This document shows positions 30,245 to 40,158 of a stretch of 64,000 bases of DNA, piece by piece. Under the pieces are notes generated by a model. It was not told where the DNA came from and made no database searches. It saw only the letters and a list, made by a program, of their open reading frames with translations. The position numbers and the translations under genes were made by a program. Numbering within the stretch: the stretch's first letter is position 1; each line of letters starts with the position of its first letter. Origin of the DNA: an uncultured Candidatus Saccharibacteria bacterium (lineage in GTDB: Bacteria > Patescibacteriota > Dojkabacteria > SC72); NCBI GenBank assembly GCA_964403155.1, contig CAYOEG010000001.1, positions 85,550-149,549 of the forward strand, in the 5' to 3' direction.

Positions 30245-31336
30245 TTATTTATTCGCTAAAACCACCATATAATCACCATCCTGCATAACATAATCCTTAC
30301 CATGATTCTTAATCAACCCTAACTCCTTCGCTTTAACCCAACCACCAGCATATAACAAAGCATCTACATTAACCACATCTGCCGTTATGAAATTATTCTC
30401 TAAATCAGTATGTATAACCCCTGCAGCCTCTTTAGCATTAGCTCCCTTCTCAATAGTCCATGCATTACATTCCTTCTCTGAACCAGTATAGAAGGTAAGG
30501 AGATTAAGAGTATCATATGCCCCCTTAATAATATCTATAACAGACTTAGGAACATACCCTAATAACTCTGCATAGTCATTCGCATCCTCCATCTCCCCTA
30601 TTAACTTCACATCTACCATGATAACCAAATCTCCGGTTTTCTCTTCCAATTCACTCTTCCATTTACGAATCTTTTCACTTTCTAATCCCTCTTTGCAATT
30701 CAAAACAAACATTCTCCTCTTACTAGTTAATAACCATAGATCATATACCATCTCTTTCTCTGTGTCTGAAAATTGCATCTCCACAACAGGAATACCCTTG
30801 TTTAATCCATCAAGTATTTTTCCCAGAAGTACCTTCTCTTCTCCTGCAATTTTGTCTCCTACTCTTGCCATTTTTTCTACTGCCGCAATTCTTTTCTCTA
30901 CAGTTTCAATATCCTTGAATATCAATTCTGCTTGTACAATCTCAAAATCTTCAACAGGATTTACTCTCTCATATACATGTACAATTTCCTTACTTTCAAA
31001 TGCTCTAAGCATATACATAATTACATCCGTTTCTCGAATATGTGAAAGAAATTGATTACCTAAACCTTCTCCCTTAGAAGCTCCTTTTACTAATCCAGCA
31101 ATATCTACAAATGTCATAGCTGATGGAACTATCTTCTGCGCACGGAAGAACTCACTCATTCGTTTTAATCTCTCATCCGGTATTTCTACCACTCCTACAT
31201 TTTTATCTATTGTACAAAAAGGAAAATTTTCAGCTGGTACTGTTAATTTGGTTAATGCATTAAATATTGTAGATTTCCCTGAGTTAGGAAGTCCTACAAT
31301 ACCCAATGATAGTGAATGTGATCTTTTTACTGACAT
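30245..31336 (-). CDS. ychF: Redox-regulated ATPase YchF
   Basis: GLPNSGKST, NFPFCTI, DIAGLVKGASKGEGLGNQFL, AGVIHTD. Confidence 0.97.
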   Translation of the reverse strand: MSVKRSHSLSLGIVGLPNSGKSTIFNALTKLTVPAENFPFCTIDKNVGVVEIPDERLKRMSEFFRAQKIVPSAMTFVDIAGLVKGASKGEGLGNQFLSHIRETDVIMYMLRAFESKEIVHVYERVNPVEDFEIVQAELIFKDIETVEKRIAAVEKMARVGDKIAGEEKVLLGKILDGLNKGIPVVEMQFSDTEKEMVYDLWLLTSKRRMFVLNCKEGLESEKIRKWKSELEEKTGDLVIMVDVKLIGEMEDANDYAELLGYVPKSVIDIIKGAYDTLNLLTFYTGSEKECNAWTIEKGANAKEAAGVIHTDLENNFITADVVNVDALLYAGGWVKAKELGLIKNHGKDYVMQDGDYMVVLANK

Positions 31337-31367
31337 AATGGTGAATTATACTACATAAAAACCAATT

Positions 31368-31406
31368 CTGTGAGCCTCGGGGAATAATCCCATATGAGGC
31401 CCACAG
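31368..31406 (-). terminator. Bulged 3' hairpin of orphan gene
   Basis: ctgtgagcctc-gggga / tccc-atat-gaggcccacag. Confidence 0.55.
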
Positions 31407-31425
31407 ATCGAGCAGCTTATTGTAA

Positions 31426-31713
31426 TTACACAGAGAATTTTTCTAACCTTTTATTAATATAATCCTCTACCCCGGGATTATCTCTCAATAAATCCCTCGT
31501 TGCCAACAACTCCTCTTTTGAAGTCGCCTTCTTCGCAAGTATGCTCTGAAGCATATTCATAAGGAGTCCTGAGGGGATTTTGCTTTCTTCTAAATAACCT
31601 TTGAATGTTTTCCAATCAGAGTCCCAATGCTCAGACTCTATTCGACGGAAATCATTACCGACCTCTTCATAATAAGAAGTCGTAGGATCAAACTTACGTT
31701 TCTTGGATTTCAA
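31426..31713 (-). CDS. Orphan hypothetical protein, SD-led, TTG start
   Basis: 95 aa; GAGGAGGTG before TTG; TATAAT about 35 nt upstream. Confidence 0.7.
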   Translation of the reverse strand: MKSKKRKFDPTTSYYEEVGNDFRRIESEHWDSDWKTFKGYLEESKIPSGLLMNMLQSILAKKATSKEELLATRDLLRDNPGVEDYINKRLEKFSV

Positions 31714-31820
31714 AATACACCTCCTCTTCTCTCTGTAATTTGCCCAGCATTATATTCCACCTTCCCTTCTTTTTCAATTCTGCTATCATATTAAATACAT
31801 TAAATAGCCCCAAAATATAA

Positions 31821-33680
31821 ATGAAGAAAATCCTTAACGTAATAGTACTAGCTGCAATCTTTCTTACATTAGTACCAAGTAATATATTTGCAAAATCCGC
31901 AGATTTTTCAATCTCTTCTGATACCAATATCTCCTACACTACCGCAAATGATTACGTATCTGTTACAACCAAATATACAAGAGTAGTAAACAATAGTAGC
32001 TATTACTACCCTGCTACAGGAGAAAAAGTCTTCAATATCCCTGACTTACCAGATAGTACAACAGAAGAGATAGCAGCCGAAAGAGAGTACAAGCTTAACT
32101 CACTCAAAGTAACTAACACACAAGGTGGGTCAGTTTCTTACACAGTTGAGCAAAAAGAATCTGGCGAAGGTATATATATAAAGGTAGCTAACTACAAACA
32201 AACCACTTCAAGTTCTGCCTATGTAATCAACCTTTCTTACAACACACATGATTTTGTTAAGAAGGTTGTAAACCATGTCACACTCCAAGCTCCTGCATTA
32301 CCATCAGATGTAACATTTGAGGAAACAGATACTTCAACTGGAACAGTAACAGAGTACAAATATGGATTAGGTTTAACAGTTGATAATGCGATATCAGAGT
32401 TAGCAAAAGCATTTCCTTCAAAATATACAACTAATACAAGTGGAGATAAAACTACATATACATTTGCACAAACAGATAGAGTTGGTAATTCCCCATACTT
32501 AGAGTTTGGTACAAGTACAACCTACAAATTTTCGCTTACCTACACTACTCCAAAGACGGATACATTCCTTTCAGAAAAATATACAGAATATTTCAAAGCT
32601 CTCTCAACAAATATTTTTGAAATATCCTTGCCAAGAGAATTTGATGAAACTAAGCAGAAGGTATATTTCTCAAATGTCTCACCTACTCCAACTGATATAT
32701 ATCAAGACACAGAGGGAAATATCATTGCATCGTTTGAGGTACCTGCTAATACCATCGGAGAGATAGTCATAGAGGGATATATAACAGTTAACCAAGATCC
32801 CTACTCCACAGATTCCACTGATATGAATTGGAAAGATTATCAGAATGCCATATCACAAACTTCTTACCTCTCCTCATACCTTAAACCTACTACATATTGG
32901 CAATCTACAGACTCATTCATTAAAGACGAGGCTAATAAATTAATGGATGGTAAAACAACAGTTATGGAAATTATAATGGCAGATTATGCACATATTGGAG
33001 AAAAGCTTACATATGATTACAACAAAGCGAATTCTGAGAATGAAAGGATTGGTGCAAAAGCTGCACTCGAAGGTGGGGCTTCTGTGTGTATGGAGTATGC
33101 AGATGCTATGATTGCATTACTTAGAGCTCAGGGAATCCCTGCAAGAGCAGCATTGGGTTATGCAAATATTACAGAGACAGAGGAATCCCCAGTGAGACAT
33201 CAATGGGTACAAGCTTGGATTCCAGATTATGGCTGGTTATCTATTGATCCTACATTGGAGAGTAATAATATGAGGATTGGGAAGACGATAGATAGGGTTT
33301 TGTGGGAGGTATTCGATGGTGATACATTATCAAATATCAAGGTATTCTCAGCAGATAATATAGATGTGCTTACTACAGAAGGATACAATTTGAGTATATT
33401 GGGCGTAGATGCTAGTGGTATAGATTTTGATTCTTTAGATACCTATATATCATTAATACCTGAGAAGGGATATGAGTCTAATGATGATCTTCCAAGTGGT
33501 TCTTCTTACAGTATTGGGCAATGGTTTAATACTTTCTTAAAGACTACTACCATAGGGAAAGCATTATTAATTACAGGGCCGGTATTAGTACTTGTGTTAC
33601 TTATATCAGTAACCATTATTACAGTAAAGAATGTTTCTAGAAGAATTAAGATGAAGAAACAGGCTGTAACAAATCTTTAA
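31821..33680 (+). CDS. Secreted, membrane-anchored transglutaminase-like protein
   Basis: Signal peptide; triad VCMEYA, HQWVQ, IDPT; C-terminal TM and basic tail. Confidence 0.88.
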   Translation: MKKILNVIVLAAIFLTLVPSNIFAKSADFSISSDTNISYTTANDYVSVTTKYTRVVNNSSYYYPATGEKVFNIPDLPDSTTEEIAAEREYKLNSLKVTNTQGGSVSYTVEQKESGEGIYIKVANYKQTTSSSAYVINLSYNTHDFVKKVVNHVTLQAPALPSDVTFEETDTSTGTVTEYKYGLGLTVDNAISELAKAFPSKYTTNTSGDKTTYTFAQTDRVGNSPYLEFGTSTTYKFSLTYTTPKTDTFLSEKYTEYFKALSTNIFEISLPREFDETKQKVYFSNVSPTPTDIYQDTEGNIIASFEVPANTIGEIVIEGYITVNQDPYSTDSTDMNWKDYQNAISQTSYLSSYLKPTTYWQSTDSFIKDEANKLMDGKTTVMEIIMADYAHIGEKLTYDYNKANSENERIGAKAALEGGASVCMEYADAMIALLRAQGIPARAALGYANITETEESPVRHQWVQAWIPDYGWLSIDPTLESNNMRIGKTIDRVLWEVFDGDTLSNIKVFSADNIDVLTTEGYNLSILGVDASGIDFDSLDTYISLIPEKGYESNDDLPSGSSYSIGQWFNTFLKTTTIGKALLITGPVLVLVLLISVTIITVKNVSRRIKMKKQAVTNL

Positions 33681-33737
33681 ATATATCTTTAACTACTCCA
33701 TTATATAATTTTCTAAGAAGAATATCAATACTATGGG

Positions 33738-35249
33738 CTATGCTAACTCATACATCTTACTTAAATTCACCGCCCGCTTACCATTCTCTAACCTATCTTC
33801 TGACGTTGCATACATTGTAAAGAGAACATCCCCCTTCTCCACCTTCTCACCCGGCATCTTGTGAATATACATACCCGCCTCCTTAATACGAGGAGTACCA
33901 AGAGATCTTGCAACACTAACCACCTCAAGACTACTAATCATCTTTACAGTACCACTCTTCTCTGCCTTAACATCAAAACTAATATTTCCAGGCTTAATCT
34001 CTGAAGATTTCGTTATTCGCTTCGCACCCTGAGCAAAACCAATCTCCCAGAATTTCTCATATGCCTTCTTCGAATCAAGTAACTCCTGAGCCAGAACCTT
34101 TCCCTCACCCTCCTTTGATATATGTGTCGCTTCAAACAAAATACCAGCCATATCAATAACTGCCCTTTCCATATCTAAAGATGCTGCACAGTCTCTTTCC
34201 AAGATCCTTAGTGCCTCTCTTATCTCCAAGTTAGGGCCTACACCCCTACCATCAGGACCATTAACCTTACGAGTTGTTGTCTCACACTCAATGCCAAACT
34301 TCTTAAACAGTTTCTTAAATTCCTTAGCCAATACAAACACATCCTCGGTCTTCTCAATCTTGCTCCCCTTACCATATGGAAGATCTATGAGAATGTTCTC
34401 AATACCAAGTGCAACCTTCTTAGCAACAATACTCACTAATATCTTTTGATATTCTTGAATACGCAAGGATCTCTCAACATTAATAATTACATCATCTGCA
34501 GGAGAAATACTCAAAGAACCACCCCAGAATAGACATCCTCCTGTATCTCTCACCACATCCATTATCTGATCTTCGGTTAGAGACACAGGCATTACAACCT
34601 CCAAAATGTCAGATGTCCCCGAAGGTGCAGTTATAGCTCTAGATGATGTATTAGGGACTATTAAGCCACCCGCTACAAGGATTGGTACAAGCACAGGAGT
34701 AATGCCCTTCCCTGCGACACCACCAATTGAGTGCTTGTCAGCTATAATCCCTTTATCACCTTTAAATTTTTTAAACGAAAGGATATCTCCAGAATTAGCC
34801 ATACCCTCTGTCATCCAATATATCTCATCATCATTAAACCCAGGATTGAAGAAAGTTGAGATGAAGAAAGCAATCTCTGTTTCTCTCAATCTTCTAGTTG
34901 CAATATCATTCATAATTAATTCCAAATCTTCTTTTGAGAGATCATGCCCTAATAATTTTTTGCTGATAGCGACCAATGCCTTGCTTCTCTCTGGGATATC
35001 AACAAACACACTTGCATTATCTTTCACCTTGTACGTTTTCCATATCTCCTCAAACAGCCCTATTTCACCAGGTACCACCTTGTCCTGAGTTTCCATTACA
35101 TTTGCATACAATTCGACATCTCCAATACCAACATACAAAAGTTCGCCCTCTTTTACACCAATTCTCTCAGCATCTTTCCTATGCAACACAATGTTAAAAC
35201 TATTATCCTCACCCAAATCAATATTTTTGCTTCTTAAATACAAAGACAT
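33738..35249 (-). CDS. AMP phosphorylase (archaeal-type thymidine phosphorylase family)
   Basis: N-terminal extra domain, DKHSIGGV, TSSRAITAPSGTSD, APADD-like SPADD; adjacent to R15P isomerase. Confidence 0.92.
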   Translation of the reverse strand: MSLYLRSKNIDLGEDNSFNIVLHRKDAERIGVKEGELLYVGIGDVELYANVMETQDKVVPGEIGLFEEIWKTYKVKDNASVFVDIPERSKALVAISKKLLGHDLSKEDLELIMNDIATRRLRETEIAFFISTFFNPGFNDDEIYWMTEGMANSGDILSFKKFKGDKGIIADKHSIGGVAGKGITPVLVPILVAGGLIVPNTSSRAITAPSGTSDILEVVMPVSLTEDQIMDVVRDTGGCLFWGGSLSISPADDVIINVERSLRIQEYQKILVSIVAKKVALGIENILIDLPYGKGSKIEKTEDVFVLAKEFKKLFKKFGIECETTTRKVNGPDGRGVGPNLEIREALRILERDCAASLDMERAVIDMAGILFEATHISKEGEGKVLAQELLDSKKAYEKFWEIGFAQGAKRITKSSEIKPGNISFDVKAEKSGTVKMISSLEVVSVARSLGTPRIKEAGMYIHKMPGEKVEKGDVLFTMYATSEDRLENGKRAVNLSKMYELA

Positions 35250-35267
35250 AGTGAATCAATACCAAAT

Positions 35268-36215
35268 TTAATTATCAAAAAGCCATGGATATTTCTCCTT
35301 GGCTAAATTATCTATTTCGGACGGTTTAGTAATACCAAATTCGGTCACGAAAGCAGTTATCAACGAGTTATCCACAATTTCAAATGCCGGGTTATATATC
35401 TCTAAATCTTTTGGTGCATCCGGCCATATCTCAGCATCCTCACGAACCTCAATCTCGACCTCTCTGTTAAAGGTTGTCTCATCTATTTTCAGCAAAGGGG
35501 TGATTATATACAAAGGCTTGTCCGCATAATGTGCAGCAATCCCTATACCCCAACTCCCAATCTTGTTTATGGCATGTCCACCTTTCACTATCTGATCACA
35601 CCCTATGAATACAACATCTACTGGCACATTCCCTCTATTAATTATGAATGATTCCGCAGCACTATCTGCGATCATAGTAGTCTTAATACCTGCATCTACT
35701 AAATTTTTTGCTGTTATCCTTCCCTGCATTCTTGGCCTAGTTTCTGTACACACCACTTCAAACTCCTTGTCCCCCTGAGACAATTCTTTGATCAGATTTA
35801 CAGCCGCTGAAGAATGACAATGAGTGAATATTTTGTCATAGTTTTTTAGATATTCTTTAGATTTCTCAACTAAATTTTTCTTGGATTCGGAAAGAATTTG
35901 CATATATTCCTCACAAAGCTCTTCAAACTTTGGTTTCATAGTGGACAATGGTGGTAAAACAGAGAATTCTTTTTTAAAAAAATATTTAACATATTTTACC
36001 CCGTTTCTAGCTAGTGGCTCATTTGTTCTAGCTTCTGAAAGCATCTTCCCTACCTCAAAGAACTCATCAAACGTCTTTTGTGAGTCTGTTTCTTTGGACA
36101 AGGAGATGTATGATTTCATACCTTCAAACACCGAAATCGCAATATTCGTAGCCCCCTGTATGTTCAACTTTTGTATATCTTCATATATTTTTTGTACCTG
36201 AGGATATTGTTCCAT
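35268..36215 (-). CDS. Ribose-1,5-bisphosphate isomerase (eIF-2B family)
   Basis: IQGA, THCHSS, TETRP, GCD, NKIG, NPAFE. Confidence 0.9.
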   Translation of the reverse strand: MEQYPQVQKIYEDIQKLNIQGATNIAISVFEGMKSYISLSKETDSQKTFDEFFEVGKMLSEARTNEPLARNGVKYVKYFFKKEFSVLPPLSTMKPKFEELCEEYMQILSESKKNLVEKSKEYLKNYDKIFTHCHSSAAVNLIKELSQGDKEFEVVCTETRPRMQGRITAKNLVDAGIKTTMIADSAAESFIINRGNVPVDVVFIGCDQIVKGGHAINKIGSWGIGIAAHYADKPLYIITPLLKIDETTFNREVEIEVREDAEIWPDAPKDLEIYNPAFEIVDNSLITAFVTEFGITKPSEIDNLAKEKYPWLFDN

Positions 36216-37642
36216 TACTTTAGCTCCACCTCTTCATTTAAGTTAGGCACCAGCGTATCTATCTGTAAATCATGGTAAACCTTCTCTCCAAAGCCCGTAA
36301 CAATACTCTCTTCACCATGCGTTAGGAAGATTCTTTTTGGTGTATGACCAAAAGAACCGAGCCAGTACATAAGGTCACGCTCATCAGCATGTGCAGAGAA
36401 CCCTCCTAAAGTATGTACATGTGCATTATTCTCATATTCTCTTCCCATTATCCTTACAATCTTCTCTCCATCCACTAACCTTCTTCCTAATGTACCCTCT
36501 ACTTGATATCCAACAAACACTATATGTGTCTTACTATTCTCAATGTTGTTTTTCAAATGATGCACTATCCTTCCTCCTGTACACATTCCGCTTCCTGCCA
36601 TTATGACTATACCTCTTTTAGCTATTAGTCGTTTCGATTCTTCAGAATCCTCTACAATATGCATACCAGGAAATGAGAATGGATCATCACCTTTCTTGAG
36701 AAGACGTTTGGCATCTTCATCATAGAAATCTGGGTACTGTTTAAACACTTCTGTAGATTTTGAAGCCATTGGGCTATCAACATACATCGGGATCCCTGAG
36801 AGTAATCTACTCTCAACAAAGAGATTGATTTCATACAGAATTTCTTGTGCTCTCTCTATGGCAAATGCTGGAATTAAGACGTTTCCCTCTTCTTTTTGGG
36901 CTTGCTGAAGTATAGCTAACAGTTCTAATATTGTCTCATTTCTGTCTCTGTGTAACCTATTACCATATGTAGATTCACATACTACATAGTCCGCTTCTCT
37001 AATCATATCTGGATCTTTAACTATACGTGCTCCTGGTTGTCCAAGATCTCCAGAGAATACCAATTTTCGAGTTCTTCCGGCTTCAGTCTTAATCCAGAAC
37101 TCCATAATGGAAGAACCTAAAATATGTCCTGCATCTCTTAATCTAAACTCAAAATTCTGATTGATATTTATAGATGTACTGTATGGATATACATCCACCA
37201 ATGGCATCATAGCCTCTACATCTGCAACAGAAAACAGAGGTTTTTTGTTTGCATACACAGCACCTTCTTCTGCGTATCTTTCTGATTGACCCTCCTCCTT
37301 TGCCCTAGTAATCCATCTTTCATATTCTTCTTCCTGCAAATTTGCAGCGTCTAGAAGTACAATTTTTGCTAACTCTCTTGTAGGTTCTGTACATACTATT
37401 CTTCCATGGAACCCTTGCTTTACTAATATTGGTATTCTTCCACAATGATCGAAATGTGCATGGGTTAGAAATACATAATCTAGTTCTGCAGGATTAAAAG
37501 GAAATGGCTCGTAGTTAAGCGCTTCTTGATCATCAGAGCCTTGATATATTCCACAATCTACCAAGAATTTTATTTCCCCTGTATCAACATAATAGCAAGA
37601 TCCAGTAACAGTTTTTGCAGCTCCACAGAATTTCAACTTCAT
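36215..37642 (-). CDS. MBL/beta-CASP ribonuclease
   Basis: VTGSC, THAHFDHCG, AGHILGS, SGDLG, ESTYG, SGMCTGGR, FSAHAD. Confidence 0.94.
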   Translation of the reverse strand: MKLKFCGAAKTVTGSCYYVDTGEIKFLVDCGIYQGSDDQEALNYEPFPFNPAELDYVFLTHAHFDHCGRIPILVKQGFHGRIVCTEPTRELAKIVLLDAANLQEEEYERWITRAKEEGQSERYAEEGAVYANKKPLFSVADVEAMMPLVDVYPYSTSININQNFEFRLRDAGHILGSSIMEFWIKTEAGRTRKLVFSGDLGQPGARIVKDPDMIREADYVVCESTYGNRLHRDRNETILELLAILQQAQKEEGNVLIPAFAIERAQEILYEINLFVESRLLSGIPMYVDSPMASKSTEVFKQYPDFYDEDAKRLLKKGDDPFSFPGMHIVEDSEESKRLIAKRGIVIMAGSGMCTGGRIVHHLKNNIENSKTHIVFVGYQVEGTLGRRLVDGEKIVRIMGREYENNAHVHTLGGFSAHADERDLMYWLGSFGHTPKRIFLTHGEESIVTGFGEKVYHDLQIDTLVPNLNEEVELK

Positions 37643-37690
37643 TAGGCAGTATGGTTAATTAAGCTATGTATATGATAAACGAAAAAGAGG

Positions 37691-38731
37691 CTAATTGCCA
37701 ACAATGGGTGAATAGTTTTTGTTCATCCTTATTACAAAGGTGTTAGATCCTGGGTCTACAACTTCTGAGAGATTAGATTCATCTACCAAAGTTATTGTTA
37801 TCTGCCCATCATTATTTCTATTTGATTCTGCAACTAGAAGCATATCCTCTCCTCCAACTCTTGTCTCTCCTATTATTACCGCGACATGACCTATATGTGT
37901 TTCCCAGGCCTTACTACTTGGGGTTTCCAAGTGTATTATTCTCCCCCTATTTCCTAGAATGATGACATCTCCTGTCACAAAATCTTCTATCTCAAAATCT
38001 GTTGTTCGAAGTGTTACTCCTCCATATCCATTTGCCACAATATCCCTATATTTTTTATCAATCATCTCAAAGGGAACAAATTCGATTGCTCTAACAGCTT
38101 TTCTCTCCCCAAGATCAAAGGCTGAAGCTCCTCCTATATTTTGAACCTGAAGATCAGAGTCTTTTAAACTTCCCAGAAGGATAGCGAAAACTACACATTG
38201 TAATGGTTGCCCTTCAACTTTTGTTATATTCATAGTATCAATAGCTCCTTCAAATACTGAGTTTTTCTCAATGGAAGCATACCATTCAGTTTGGCGGAGA
38301 TAGTTTCCAAGTTCTCCGTCAAAATCCTCTGGAAGGTTATCTATTATTTTCTTTAATTCAAAGATCTCATTAAAGTATTTATATGTATTTATCTCATATG
38401 AGAAATAGTCTTCATAATTTCTGGCTAAAATTCCTGCTTCGTGTTTGAACCCACCTGATATACTTGAATCTTGTAATTCAAGTACCTTGTTGTTTTTACC
38501 CCAACTAGAAATATCCGAATTAGGAAGAGGTTCAGTTATCGGTTTAGGGTCTGCAGATATAGAGGCTTGCCCCTCGTCTTTATTCTTCCCAGCACCTAAT
38601 ATCTGAGAAGCAAGCATTGTTCCTGCAAGAACAATTGGCAAAGTAGTAGCCAATGGAGATTTCTTTTCACTACCTTCTCTTGAAGCCTGGGCTGCTGTTT
38701 CTGGTTTGATCTCTAGTTTATCTGGATTCAT
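37691..38731 (-). CDS. Membrane-anchored CHAP-like (Cys/His) amidase or peptidase
   Basis: Hydrophobic N-terminal segment; QCVVFA, GDVI, GHVAVI, AESN in CHAP order. Confidence 0.6.
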   Translation of the reverse strand: MNPDKLEIKPETAAQASREGSEKKSPLATTLPIVLAGTMLASQILGAGKNKDEGQASISADPKPITEPLPNSDISSWGKNNKVLELQDSSISGGFKHEAGILARNYEDYFSYEINTYKYFNEIFELKKIIDNLPEDFDGELGNYLRQTEWYASIEKNSVFEGAIDTMNITKVEGQPLQCVVFAILLGSLKDSDLQVQNIGGASAFDLGERKAVRAIEFVPFEMIDKKYRDIVANGYGGVTLRTTDFEIEDFVTGDVIILGNRGRIIHLETPSSKAWETHIGHVAVIIGETRVGGEDMLLVAESNRNNDGQITITLVDESNLSEVVDPGSNTFVIRMNKNYSPIVGN

Positions 38732-40158
38732 TCTGTTTTTCTATATATTAAACGCGCTTTCTCCAACAACTTTTCTTTAGTATTAAGCATTGGATCTTCC
38801 ACTACCGTATCTAAAAGTTCTCTTAAAATCTTTCCTAGCTCAGGTCCTTTCTCAATTCCTAAAGATGCAAGATCCTCTCCATTTACTTTCAAATCCGTTA
38901 TCTTCAATGCCATATCCTGATGTATGACCTCTGAGATTCTTTTTTGAAGTAAAGTTATCTCTTCCGGCTTAAAAGCTGTCTTTGGATTAGCTTGAGCATC
39001 GGCCAACCTCAACCTAAACAGATCATCTACATTCTCCATCCCTACCCTTTGTAAAAATCTCCTAACTGCAGAGTCTGACCATTCATGTATTTTAATATTC
39101 TCCACCTCCTCATCTGTCATGTCCTCTTCTACATGTGGATAGTAGAACATATGATTTTTAATTAGTAAAACAGTTCTCTTAATCTCTGCCTGTGGGAATT
39201 TCATTCGCTTTAGAATTGCTTCCGTCATCTCAGCACCCATTGCATCATGACCATAGAAATGACCATTACCCATATCAGTACGTGGCTTAGCAATATCATG
39301 AAGTAGCGCTGCCAACTTCACACTATCATGGGCCACATCACAGCTTCGGAGACTATGCCAATATACATCGTCACTATGATATAGCTTCTGCTCTATTCCC
39401 ATCCCCTCAAGAAGCTCAGGCATGAATAGTTTGAGTAGTCCAGTCTGTCTCATAAGGTCAATACCAATGGATGGCTTTGGAGAACGAAGAAGAGTTTTCA
39501 TAAACTCATCACGGATACGCTCCATTGAGACTTGCGCAGCAACAGGTACTGATTCTGCAATCGCTTTTAATGTTTCCTCTTCTATACTAAATCCAAGCTG
39601 AGAAGCCATTCTACACGCCTTAAACGCTCTTAGACCATCTTCCTTGAATCTTTCAATCGGGGTACCAACAGCTCTTACGACCTTCTTTTCAATATCTGCC
39701 AAACCTCCAAATGGATCATGTATCTCCACTTCTAACTCAGATTCTGTACCATCCGGTTGAAGAGTACCAATATCGATAGACATTGCATTCCACGTAAAAT
39801 CTCTTCTCCCCAGATCCTTGTCTATCTCTGTTACAAATTCAACATTGGTTGGCCATCTTCCATCAACATAGTCCGACTCGCTCCTAAAAGTCGTAACCTC
39901 TACCTCATGTGTTTCCCCTAACCCATCCTGCACGAGTGCCATGACGGTACCAAACTTAGCGCCCACAGAAACAGACCTTGGAAAGATATTTAGCATCTCA
40001 TCGGGTAATGCATCAGTAGCTAAGTCATAGTCATTTGGAGTTTTTCCCATTGCAATATCCCTAACAGCACCTCCCACAAGATGGCATTCAAAGCCCTCTT
40101 TGTTTAGCATTCTTGCTACTTTTTGTACATAATCTGGAATTTGTATTTTTACTTTCAT
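38728..40158 (-). CDS. cca: CCA tRNA nucleotidyltransferase with HD domain
   Basis: VGGAVRD, DYDLAT, RRDFTWNA, EDGLR, LLHDIAK; start placed at MKVKIQIP. Confidence 0.92.
   Translation of the reverse strand: MKVKIQIPDYVQKVARMLNKEGFECHLVGGAVRDIAMGKTPNDYDLATDALPDEMLNIFPRSVSVGAKFGTVMALVQDGLGETHEVEVTTFRSESDYVDGRWPTNVEFVTEIDKDLGRRDFTWNAMSIDIGTLQPDGTESELEVEIHDPFGGLADIEKKVVRAVGTPIERFKEDGLRAFKACRMASQLGFSIEEETLKAIAESVPVAAQVSMERIRDEFMKTLLRSPKPSIGIDLMRQTGLLKLFMPELLEGMGIEQKLYHSDDVYWHSLRSCDVAHDSVKLAALLHDIAKPRTDMGNGHFYGHDAMGAEMTEAILKRMKFPQAEIKRTVLLIKNHMFYYPHVEEDMTDEEVENIKIHEWSDSAVRRFLQRVGMENVDDLFRLRLADAQANPKTAFKPEEITLLQKRISEVIHQDMALKITDLKVNGEDLASLGIEKGPELGKILRELLDTVVEDPMLNTKEKLLEKARLIYRKTE

Noticed and set aside
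33738-36215. Thymidine phosphorylase plus methylthioribose-1-P isomerase (methionine salvage)
   Set aside because: N-terminal extra domain, THCHS motif and adjacency fit AMP phosphorylase and R15P isomerase better
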